Shown here: positions 26,301 to 37,300 of the stretch, in pieces
Numbering within the stretch: position 1 is the first letter of the stretch
Layout of the letters: the number at the start of each line of letters is the position of its first letter
Assembly (NCBI GenBank): GCA_038087875.1
Contig: CM075983.1
Location: 22,816,001 to 22,880,000, forward strand
Reading direction: 5' to 3'
DNA: 64,000 nt
Source of the DNA: Malacoraja senta
Lineage: Eukaryota
Translations under genes and position numbers: made by a program
The notes under the pieces: generated by a model
The model's input: only the letters and a program-made list of their open reading frames with translations
Told to the model about the DNA's origin: nothing
Database searches by the model: none

Positions 26301-29300
26301 AAGATTCCAAGCGGCATTGGTGGGTGAGGAAAATAAAATTCACATTTCATGTTGATCTTCCAACAGAACATTAAGACTAATTTTGGATTTTTGGAATCTG
26401 CAGTATTTTGCTTTTTCCCCCATCTTATTTTATTGCACTGCTTCAGATTGTTGTATAATCTTTGCACCATCTGTTTTGCATTTGTCATTGTATTTATTGT
26501 TGTATCTGTCATCACCATGCGTACTGTTTCCTCTAGTAGCTTCATATGATCAAGAAATCTCATTGCCCCCTATGACAATAAGCTAATCTGAATCTATTTC
26601 ATAAGTATACAACTGATAATGTTTCATTGGTTATCCAGTGAAAGCACTTTGTTTCCTCAATGTAAGAATATGAGACTCACTACAACATGGATGAGTCCTA
26701 CATGGAGATAAATTTACCTCCACTCATCCATGTTGTAGTGAGTCTCATATTCTTAACATTGGGAAACAAAGTGTTTCCTGGATAACCAATGAAACTTATC
26801 AGTTGTATACTTATGAACTCTGGTTTTAAACTCAACTTAAGCAAAGATATTTTCTCCATATCAACACTGTCATCTTGTTGTAAAAGCCCTTTAGCAGGCT
26901 TCTAGTCAAATGGGGTAAAGCTCCCACAAGTTTTGCTTAGCTCTAAAAACAAAATTACTCGTAATTTTTACATCAATAGCTGAAATAAAAATAGAAAATA
27001 TTAGAAATTCACAGCCAACTGAAGCAGCATTGATGGAAAGAGCAACAGAATTAACATTTCAAGTTAATGAATTGACATTATCGAAAATGTTAAATCTATT
27101 TCTTTATCCGCAGATGCTCCCTGACCATACTGAATCTTCCTTGCATTTTCTGTTTTTATTTGACGTTTCAGGCAGTTGCCATTTATTGATTATCCAATGC
27201 ATGCATCTCTTTTTTAGAAACATAGAAACATAGAAAATAGGTGCAGGAGGAGGCCATTCGGCCCTTCGAGCCAGCACCGCCATTCATTGTGATCATGGCT
27301 GATCGTCCCCTATCAATAACCCGTGCCTGCCTTCTCCCCATATCCCTTGACTCCACTAGCCCCTATTTTACAATATGAAAGGCAGAAGAGCGAATAATTA
27401 TTAAAGTCTGGATCAAACAAAGTTCAGTGCAAGTTTAACAACATATTTACATTCCAAATAAACTCCAGTCCTTAGTTTACATTTTTTTTATAACGGCCTC
27501 ATTCACCAGTGTTGCTGTTATCTTGCCATCCATCAAAATTTTGTGATCCGAGATATATTGATTCCTTAATTCTACTAATCAAAATGCACTACATACATTA
27601 CATACTCAGCTACACTGAACTTAATTTGCCAATTACACATGCATTCTGAAATGTTATTAATATCCTTCTGACACATTTGCCCTTTAGATCTCCCAATTTG
27701 GGATCTTTGGCAACATTTGAAATTGCACTTACAATTTCTCCCCCTCCCCCCAGCCGCATCATCTTTAAGTCTAAAACAATTGTGTGAATTATTCCAAGCA
27801 TTAATCACACTTCCTTTGTTTCATCAGTCTGACTAATGATCCTCAGTCACTATTCCCTATTTCCTGTTTTACACTTTGCATGCAGATACACATATATACG
27901 GCTTTTAATCAATTTATATTCTCCTTTATTCTATTCCTTCACTTTTTATCTTATCCCTTTGAAGTTTGTCACGCGAACCCAAAATATATAAAACTAATTC
28001 AATCATAGTATGATAACAACGTGTATGGTTCCCCGTCTGTCTGTGAACTCATTCGAGTTCAATCCTCATCACCAAATATGGTTTTATTCCTTCTGAACTT
28101 CCTCCACAGACATGATACTTGTGACCTTTTATGGGTTTTTTGGAGTCTTGTATCCATCCATTGATTGACACTGTATTCCATTTAAGATTGCATAAATAAT
28201 GCTGAACTGAAATGTCCAAGGAGATAACTTCCAAACAAGGCAAACTTCATAAATAATTTGAAATTACCACAATAAATAATATGCTTAATCTATGCCTTAC
28301 AGTGGAAATTTATACAGATGGCAAACCAGTTCATTTCCTTAAATATATCCTCTATGTGACATTTATTCGTGAAATGTGAGCTTTATTATCACGGTACCCT
28401 TCTGAAAGTGGTCAGATGCCTCATCCTAAACCTGCAGATAAATATGTATCTTCACAGGGTATATTGTTTTAGGTACAACTAGGTGACTTCATTGGCAACT
28501 TCAGATAGCTGTTAAGGCTCTGAACCTGTAGGTCAAAACTTGACCAGGAATGTAGACCTCTTCCTCTTGGAGTTTCCTTGAGGCAGTCCATAATCAGAAT
28601 TGACAAAAAATGTTTTGGATGTTGACAATGTAATCAGTGAGCAGGAGTTAAATTCTCCAGCTTTTGGATAGGATTTGAACGTGCTTTAAGATAATTATTC
28701 AAAGCTCTATATTATTGGCCAAGTAACATAACTATGATGTTACCAATGCCCCCCAAATGTCTAGTTGTAGTGATGAAGAGAGTGTTAGATCTCCAGGTTT
28801 GAGTCCCATCTTCCAAAAAAATAATTGCTTTTAATATTATGTATTTTAAATGTAGGGGTGTTAGATAAATATTGATATGTACATTAGATGGTTTAAGGAG
28901 TGAACTAAATCTTCTTCCAATTTAAAAAAAACTTACGTTTTTCGGGCGCTTTGTGCAGTTTCTGGTTTATATAAATGACCAAGAATTGTAAACTGGTTTT
29001 AGAAAAATTTCACCCAGTCGGGTGTAGATATTCCTGAGGGGGGCTCTAATCCTGATCTTGAATAAATCAAGCCACCACACACGGGTAGACGAAAACCCAG
29101 AGGTCTAGGATGAAAACACGATCCCCGATTAATAATCAGTTCCACTGATTAAAAGTGCCACGTAAGTTTTCAGTGAGAAGTCCGGAGAAGAATCCGGACC
29201 CGAAACGTCACCTTGCTATGTTCTCTAAGGATGTTGCCTCATGAGTTACTCCAGCACTTTGTATCTTTTGGTGCCTTCCCCGAGTACTCACTTAATTGAA

Positions 29301-29852
29301 TATCCTTTCAATGGCAATGAAGTGGATAGATGGCAAAGCAACTACAACCCGCCACAAGGTGGCGTTTCAGGTGCAAAACGCAAGCGTGTGTGAGACCGGG
29401 TGGATGTTGGCGATAATTACTACGTTTGCATCAAGGAAAATATCTCAAATATTATCATAGCGCTCTCATCTCTATTCACACAGGCTAACCAGATAATAAC
29501 GAGTGTTAATAGCAAGAGTTTGCATTGTAATTCAGCACACTGGAACGCCCGCCAACAGCAACGATGTCTTATTCTCCTCAGTGTTTGTAACTCACCTGTA
29601 TAGCATAGGAGAGCCGCCACGATAAGCAGTAAAATACCGAGAGCCGTGCTGGGGATCAGCGGAACAGTGGAATAGTAATTCACAGCCAGCAACAGAGCAC
29701 CTAACACACAATAAACAAGGGGTTATCCTTTATAACCAATGAAACAAATTTAGGAGGAAATGCTTGAAGGCTCGGCGATTACCTGCGCTTATACTGAGAA
29801 TCCCCACGGAATAGTGCAGCGTCTCGACGCCGTCGTATTCTTGCTCCATCAT
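17389..29852 (-). CDS. Uncharacterised 865-aa polytopic membrane protein: 3 tandem AceTr (SatP/Gpr1/Fun34/YaaH)-like repeats plus a C-terminal YrdC/Sua5-like domain. Exons: 29852-29783, 29700-29596, 26146-24464, 22907-22808, 21773-21625, 21238-21126, 19925-19836, 19748-19626, 17553-17389
   Basis: All 8 introns are GT-AG and phase-compatible. The summed CDS is 2598 nt with no internal stop. It starts MMEQEYDGVETLHYSVGILSISAG downstream of a TATA box and ends ...YSFDNMGFVNEKEDDKL*. The last acceptor could alternatively be 17544 (in frame, 3 aa shorter). Confidence 0.88.
18035..18289 (-). mobile_element. tRNA-derived SINE in the last intron of the fusion gene
   Basis: Reverse complement of the same SINE family (aaacctgcacatctttggagtgtgggaggaaactgga...cgggtctctggtgctgtaaggcagc). 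Confidence 0.75.
19626..22907 (-). CDS. Exons 4-8 of the fusion gene: YrdC/Sua5/TsaC-like (threonylcarbamoyl-AMP synthase fold) domain
   Basis: The spliced peptide carries family motifs in the expected order: GGICGIPTDTVY, KKQAKDRPMSL, WPSSISLV, SIAIRIP, GPIAVTSANPTG, ASTVVD, FRVG. Confidence 0.9.
20352..20582. repeat. Imperfect (CA)/(CATG)-rich microsatellite
   Basis: About 230 bp of acacac/gcatgcac units. Confidence 0.9.
24464..26146 (-). CDS. Exon 3 (1683 nt) of the fusion gene: most of the multi-pass AceTr/SatP-like membrane region
   Basis: Core of the 610-aa ORF with many hydrophobic segments. GGVLQILCGSISFSRGKTLESCAFILYGLIW and SFYCFLATLFNQSFEKPQLPLG resemble E. coli SatP [31 protein letters not shown] and AIYLAMGEVLNEQFGRTVLPIG (recalled from memory). 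Confidence 0.85.
26598..26817. repeat. Inverted repeat with ~97-bp arms (26598-26696 and 26722-26817) and a 25-bp spacer, in intron 2 of the fusion gene
   Basis: ttcataagtatacaactgata...tacaacatggatgagt is mirrored by actcatccatgttgta...tatcagttgtatacttatgaa. Confidence 0.92.
27215..27365 (-). mobile_element. CR1 LINE extreme 3' end
   Basis: (agaaacat)n tail followed by aggccattcggcccttcgagcc..., as at 48999. Confidence 0.8.
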
Positions 29853-29994
29853 GTCGAGCTCTGAGTTGAGAAGAATGTGTTGTAAATATTGAGCTGAACT
29901 CTATGACATGAATTTTCCCTTGAATATTTCGTAAGACTCGACGATGTGCGCCGACTTCTCGGTCCACAGATGAATCAGCAGCTCCTTGCTGCTC

Positions 29995-30001
29995 TTTTAT
30001 A
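29995..30001 (-). promoter_or_regulatory. TATA box (TATAAAA) of the AceTr-YrdC fusion gene
   Basis: Consensus TATAAAAG on the - strand about 143 nt upstream of the ATG, within a CpG-rich region. Confidence 0.6.
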
Positions 30002-30387
30002 TCAACCTCCCTCCTCCTACTGCCAGACACGCAGAATATGCAAATCCCACGGAAGACTCTCGGTTGGGTGCTGGAGGCGCGTTGTCATTCCACCTGCCAC
30101 CGTTATATCGCAGCTCGCAAAGTGGCTCCAGAATCAAATGCAACAAAGGCAAAGAAAGGTGTTTGACCTCTAGGGATAATGCACAATTTCACGTACGAGA
30201 GAGAAGCTAGTAATACAAGAAAATGCAATAGAAAATGTTAGGACGAAGTGTGCGGGTCCGCAAAACTCTAGCCCGTTTCTTCCTTTAGATTTTGACCCAA
30301 AGCAGACGTTGAACATGTCCTCACCAACCTTTAAGGTAACTGAAAATCTGAAATAACCTGCAGTTTCGTCTGCAGAAATACAGTTTG

Positions 30388-30679
30388 CACTTTAAACTCT
30401 CTTTGAATAAAAGATCTCTGTAAAATTTTCCCCAGTGTAGGGTTTAGTGATACAGCGTGGCAACAGGCCATTCGACCCACCGTCCGCGCCGATCGTTGGT
30501 CGACCAACGATCACCCTTACACTAGTTCTATCCGACACACTATGGGCAATTTGCAGGTCATATAACCCACAAACCTGCACGTCTTTGTGGGTACTTTTGT
30601 GCAGATATCACCCGTAGTCAGGTCGAACTTGGGTTCCTGACGCTGTGAGCCAGGAACTATACCGCTGCGCCACTGTGCC
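30388..30679 (-). mobile_element. tRNA-derived SINE between the divergent genes
   Basis: aacaggccattcgacccacc...aaacctgcacgtctttg...gtagtcaggtcgaac...taccgctgcgccactgtgcc. Confidence 0.65.
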
Positions 30680-33600
30680 GAGTGGAGGTGAGCGTGGGAT
30701 AATAGTATGGACGTGGTGGTCCTCAGGGCTTGTTTCCATGCTCTATCTCTAAACTAAGTGTAGACGGCAACTACTAAGAAGACCGAGCCTGGGCGGGTTG
30801 AAAGACACAGTTGGGTGTGTGGCTGGAGAGAAGGGACATACTGTCTAGAGGCATAAGCACATTGTGCAGAATCCTCGTTGTATATTGAGATTGGTTAAAA
30901 TACCAGATTCATACAAGTGACCGGCTCTCCGATGGGAAACCAATCCCATCTCCACGCTCCTCGCCTGTAGCCAACTCATCAATAAATTAACCAGACGGTG
31001 AAATTAAATCGCCGCAGAGTGCTTTGACAGGGTCTGTAAAACGTCAACGCCCAACAACGCGGAAGAAGCCAGCACGGAAATACAATTTACCTGTTTTTTT
31101 CTTACACTGGGTGTGAGCGAGAACCAGTACGTAGCCTCGAGTTATAAAAATGTGACTGTCGATTGTTGAAATAAAATACTTGGACAAATAGCTACACGAC
31201 TGAAACGATATAATTCCAAATGTGGATGTTTAATATGTGTTCAAATATACTTAAAATTTAGATGAGTTTAGGAGAGACATAAATTCACTATTTCCGTCTG
31301 AGACTATTAATTATGAAGACAAACTGGGACCCTGCTTGCGAGATGCTGACTACCAGCACCTTCCCCGTCTCACTTCCAAGAGAGAGGCAGTGTATGATTC
31401 TACGTGCTTACCACGAGTTTGATTTTTTTTTAAACTCGGGAGAGCTCTTGAATGAACTCGTACAGTGGGACAGGGCTGACTTTTTTACTTACCGTACGAA
31501 CACCACCCATCAATTTGATCCAGTTGAAACACACCTCTCAGCCGTTGATTTTCACTCGCGTCGTATCATTTGATTACTATTTTTTTTAATGCCTGGCAAT
31601 TGACCAGACCGATTCGTTTCAATTATTGATAGTTCCCTTCTTACAGGTTAACAGTTATAAAGAACTCTCCGTGGGTGGAGACACTTAATTAATGGACGGG
31701 TAGGATCTATGCTTTGGCGACGTATTTAAGAACAAACACTCTGAAGCCTCGCAATTTACACCACGCGTGTTGTCCGCACCCCCCCCCCCCCCCCACACAC
31801 ACACAAACTCTTCCCTTCAAGGGTGGGGGTGGAGAGGACAGCTTGGGTTTACATAGCACCTGCCCTTTTTAGAACACCATGATGGCTTAAACGAAGTGTA
31901 ATTATCAAATGTGTTTAGGAAAGTTTTCTCAGCAATATGTATCGGACTCTACAAGGGAAAGGGCAAAGATTGGCCTGCTCTTATATAATTGGACAGGGCA
32001 AGTGACTGAAGTTTCAGTGGGTGAACCTTTCGGGGTCGGCGAGCACAGTTTTATTAGCTTTAAAATAGTTACGGATAAAGACAGGTCTGGTCCACAAGTT
32101 AAGTTCTAAATTAGGGAGACAGACCACAAGCAGCGCCAAACGTTAGAAAGGCAACAACGAAAATTACCAGCAATTGTAGCGACAATTACCAAGGGGATTC
32201 TCATGGTGAAAGATCCAAATATGATGTATTCAAAAGAGTTAATATCGCACTTAGGGCTAACGGAATCAAGGGATATGGGGGGGGGGGGGGGAGCAGTAAC
32301 GGGGTACTGATTTTGGATGATCGGCCATGATCAAATTGGACTCGAAAGGCCGAATGGCCTGCTCCTTCACTTATGTTCTATGTTTCTATATCGATGAACC
32401 TAAGTGAAGCTTATATTCTCTTTTATTAGCTCTCATTCAATTAATTTCTCTGCCTTATTATAGCACTATGACGGGGAAATCCCATGTGAAGAAATCATCA
32501 CATGAAGCAATCCCACTCGATCACGAGAACTGAATTCCGCTGTGCGGTGATTTAAAGTCATATGGTTCATGCACTGAATGGGGAAACGGGTAAGAATGCC
32601 CAGCAACTGTAGATCCCCAAGGAGGCAAGTGGGCAAGCAAGTACGCACATCTAATCCCAGTCCTCGGATTACCTTTCGAGTTAGTACATGCAGGACACAC
32701 AGGTCCACAAACACGCCTCTTGGAAATGGGGAAAGGGTCTGCAGGCATTTTAGTTTTGTCACGTCAGCTTGGAAAATGGTGACATATATCTTGGCTCTAC
32801 TTTTCCCAGAATCACCTCTCTTTTGCTGTCTTTGTTAAGTACTGGATGCTTTGCAATGATGGGACTTGCTTAATAAATTTGTTCTGCTCATTACCCTATA
32901 CTCACATATGTATCGTTGCAAGTTACAATCAAGTCACTTGATTCATGTTAATTTAAGACAATCTTATAATCATGATCAATTTAGGAACCCGTGGTTTAAG
33001 CTTCATGTTTAGAATCATGTTTAGCATTCTGTAATCGTGTAAATTATTGTAGCTATAAAATGTACCGAAAATTATATATTTTCAAGTTTTTAATCGGGCG
33101 TAAAAGACATCCTGGGTCATTTAGAATCCGCCCAGTATGCTATGTGAACACATCTCCTCTTTAGAAACAGTTTCTTAGCTTTCCAGGAAATCTGGAACAT
33201 ATGATATGGGTGCGACGTCCTTAGTAATTATTGCTACAGCTCACAAATTTGGCATTTGATGATGCGGTGTGGATGTTAAACACCAAACCGACTTTCTGCA
33301 CAACCTGAATTACTTAATCTTAATTTGAATGCCACCGTGGGTAATAGATCTGCTCTTGTTTCTCTTAAATTGTACGGGCTCGTTCCCTCCCGAAACGCCA
33401 CCTGTCCATGATCTCCAGAGGTGCCACCTGACCCGCTGGGTTACTCCAGCACCTTTTGTTCCAACGATCAAGACCTTGCTCATCTTGGTCGCCTCCCCCC
33501 GAATGTGGATTTGGATTGGGCAAGGGCGTGGTGAACTGGCTGGTGGCGTTTTGTGCATTCACAGAAGAATGGCTATTTGGGCGAGAACCAGATAATTAGA

Positions 33601-34222
33601 AAAATCAAATTTAAAGTGATTATCCTCAGAAGCAATAGATAACGGAACGGGTGTCAAATAAAAATCGACACGAAGTGCTGGAGTAACTCAGCGGGCCATT
33701 CAGCGGAGATGGACACCTATTCGTATTCCTTTTCTCCAGAGATGCTGCCTGACGAGATGAGATGAGTTTCTCCATCACTTTGTGTCTATCTTTGGTATAA
33801 ACCAGCATCTGCCGTTCCTTCCTATTTCACTGAAATTTTCAGGTGTCAATTTAATGCCGTTAGCATTTTAATGGTACCGATTGTTATTTGAAACGACTTT
33901 TGGTTGACAGGTACCAACAAACGTGCTAGATTGCACGGACATTATCTGAGGAGGTAAATACAGAAGCTGCCCCGGGCTTCCGTCTATTTCCTGGTGTCGG
34001 TGGGTGGGGGGTGGGTGGGGGAATGAGGGTGTTACCAAACACAATGCGTGTTTTTTTCCAAATCAGCATGACAAGGCAATTTTCTTTAAAAGTGACGCCA
34101 GGACAATAGAAATTATGCGATAAACTTGTGAATGTGCTTCGATTAATTAGAAAATATAATATAAATGTTTGAAGGTGACCGGGAGTATTTGTCTTCCTTA
34201 GAATTACCTGGTCAGGACTAAT

Positions 34223-34303
34223 CAGGAAGTTGAGAGAGAGCCAAGTAAATAATTTACATAGTCAAGTCCCCGCCGCTGGGCGGTACCATTCCACACTATA
34301 AAA
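34223..34303 (+). promoter_or_regulatory. Core promoter of the GATD3/ES1-like gene: ETS-like CAGGAAGT (34223), GC boxes (34268-34283), TATAAAA (34297-34303)
   Basis: Motifs are seen directly 80-160 nt upstream of the ATG at 34384, in CpG-rich sequence. Confidence 0.6.
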
Positions 34304-34383
34304 CCCGGCGACAAAGAGCGGAGAGACAACTGTGTCAGGATCCACTGAAACCTCACGCTGTTACTGCACCGCCTGGGTCGAAC

Positions 34384-37300
34384 ATGGCAAAGAAACGAGT
34401 GGCTGTCATCCTGTCCGGTTGTGGTGTCTACGACGGCTCCGAGGTGCACGAATCCTCGGCGGTGATGGTTCAGCTAAGCCGGGCCGGGGCTGAGGTACGT
34501 CCGCTTTCCCCCAGCTCATCGCCAGAAACGCTTCTTCATTTTCACTTTCCATCCGACCTCGCGTTGAAACTGACATCGCTTGCACACAGTCACATTAGGC
34601 TCAGATCCAATCCTTTCATTTTTGCGTCTCGTGCTAAATATTTCACTCTCCCTGTTTAATTTCCTTTTGCTTTCGGCAATTACTGTCACCGGTTTCACCG
34701 TCCATCCGACCGCACCCATTCTGTTTCCAGCTGCCTCTTTAGCTCGTTGCTTCCAAAAGTTTGTTTCGTTTTGTTCCAGGTGCAACTCTATGCCCCCAAC
34801 GTGAACCAGATGCACGTCGTGGATCATAAGACTGGACAACCCACTAAAGAAGTGCGCAACGTGCTGGTGGAGAGCAGCCGGATCGCCAGGGGCAACATCA
34901 AAGACCTCACTGAACTCATCATCAATGACACCGATGCCCTGATCATCCCAGGTAAATATCCCGGTCTTTTTCTAGCGATCCATTATATATTTTTTAGACA
35001 ATCTGAACTTTATTGACGATTCCAGCTACTTCTCGGAAATTGGTCCAGAATATTGTTAAACAAAATATTGTTATGACAATCAATAAATAACAGATGGGCT
35101 TGTAAACTAGTGTATTATCTAAATGGTGGCCGATTAGGAAATGGGGAGATGCAGCGAGACCTGGGTGTCATGGTACACCAGTCATTGAAAGTAGGCATGC
35201 AGGTGCAGCAGGCAGTGAAGAAAGCGAATGGTATGTTAGCTTTCATAGCAAAAGGATTTGACTATAGGAGCAGGGAGGTTCTACTGCAGTTGTACAGGGT
35301 CTTGGTGAGACCACACCTGGAGTATTGCGCACAGTTTTGGTCTCCAAATCTGAGGAAGGACATTATAGCCATAGAGGGAGTGCAGAGAAGGTTCACCAGA
35401 CTGATTCCTGGGATGTCAGGACTTTCATATGAAGAAAGACTGGATAGACTTGGCTTATACTCGCTAGAATTTAGGAGATTGAGAGGGGATCTTATAGAAA
35501 CGTACAAAATTCTTATGGGGTTGGACAGGCTAGATGCAGGAAGATTGTTCCCGATGTTGGGGAAGTCCAGGACAAGGGGTCACAGCTTAAGGATAAGAGG
35601 GAAATCCTTTAAGACCGAGATAAGGAAAAACTTTTTCACACAGAGAGTGGTGAATCTCTGGAACTCTCTGCCACAGAGGGTAGTTGAGGCCAGTTCATTG
35701 GCTATATTTAAGAGGGAGTTAGATGTGGCCCTTGTGGCTAAGGGGATCAGGGGGTATGGAGAGAAGGCAGGTACGGGATACTGAGTTGGATGATCAGCCA
35801 TGATCATATTGAATGGCGGTGCAGGCTCGAAGGGCCGAATGGCCTACTCCTGCACCTATTTTCTATGTATCTATGTGACAAATTTATTGAAACGGAGCAC
35901 CCGGGGAAAACCCACGCGGCCACAGAGATAACATGTAAACTCAGTACAGACAACACCCGCGGTCAGGATCGAACCCGGGTCTCTGGCCACGTGAGGTAGC
36001 AGCTCTGCCATTGTCACCACCCTTCTCGTGCCCCCTGAACCCGGGTCTATGGCCATGTGAGGCAGCAGCTCTACCATTGTGCCACTCCCCTCCCCCCAAC
36101 ACCCCCCCCCCCCACACACACAAACTGACATTCTGTTAATCTTAAGTCATAGATGGTGACTGGCGGTGGTTGACACTTTCTCTGTAGCTTGAGCATTTCA
36201 ACAGTGGGTGAAATAGAAAAGGTTAATTGCTGAGAAACGTTTTGGATGGCACGGTACAGGTTGCTGGTGTGAGGCGGAACAGCCTCTTGCTCTTGGTGGC
36301 ACCAGCAACGATTCATTGATGTAGTCATCAAAGGTTCACATGTGTGAATCACGAACAGGAGTCAACCACTCGACCCTCACGCCTGCTCCGCAAATTAATA
36401 GTCATTAAAAAATTTGGCTCTAACCTCCACTCCGCATTCCTATCTTCACAGGGTATTCTTTCATGCTTTGCCTATTAAGGATCTATTTAACTCTGCCTAG
36501 AAAATATCCCGATATACCCCCCCGTTGCTTTGAGGAAGATAGTTTCAAACACTCATGACCCTCTCAGAGAAACAGGTTTGCCCTAGTTCTGCCCGAAGTG
36601 AGCAACCCCTTATTTTTAAAAGCTGTAACGTGCAGTTCTAGATTCTCCCACAAGAGGAAACATCCTCTTCACCCCCATCTTGTGTTAGATTTAATTCTTG
36701 TTACTGAGGTTAGTACCAAGTGCAGATGATTTGTCTTTGATGAGAAAGTTTGTTGTAATGAATAAATAGTAATAACTAATAAAGTTTAAATCACTCTGCT
36801 TTAATTGCAACACAGTTTTCCAAATGACTAGGTTTTGCTTAATAGCTAGATATCAGAGAATGTCCAAAATGTTCTTAGAATGTGAAAGTTAATTATTCAT
36901 TTTCAATATATCACTGTTTCCCTGTCCCAAAGTGATATTTGCATTAGAGTACACGATTACATAATAAGTAGGTTGTTTTAAATTTGGGCATTTCTGCTTT
37001 ACTTTGAGTTCCTTGGCTTCACTTGAGGGAGCCTTCAACATGATGTTATTCAACCAAAAACAAGATGTTGTAAATGCTAGAAATAAGAACATAAAATGTC
37101 AAATGTTTAGCAGATTAAACTAATTTTGAGGAGAGAGTAGAGTTAACAGTTCAAGCTGATGTGTTTCTTCAAAAGGGACTACTGATTAAGGAGGTTGGGG
37201 TTAATTCTTGAGCCCCATTCTTCATCTGCCATGGCATGGATGACCAATTGGAACTTTTGAAGAGAGGTGTTTACTTTGGGCAATTAGTTGAAATCACTTT

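Noticed and set aside
29779-30210. ORF-track ORFs around exon 1 (83, 75 and 74 aa)
   Set aside because: They span the TATA box and 5' UTR or are antisense. The frame that splices to exon 2 starts at ATG 29852.
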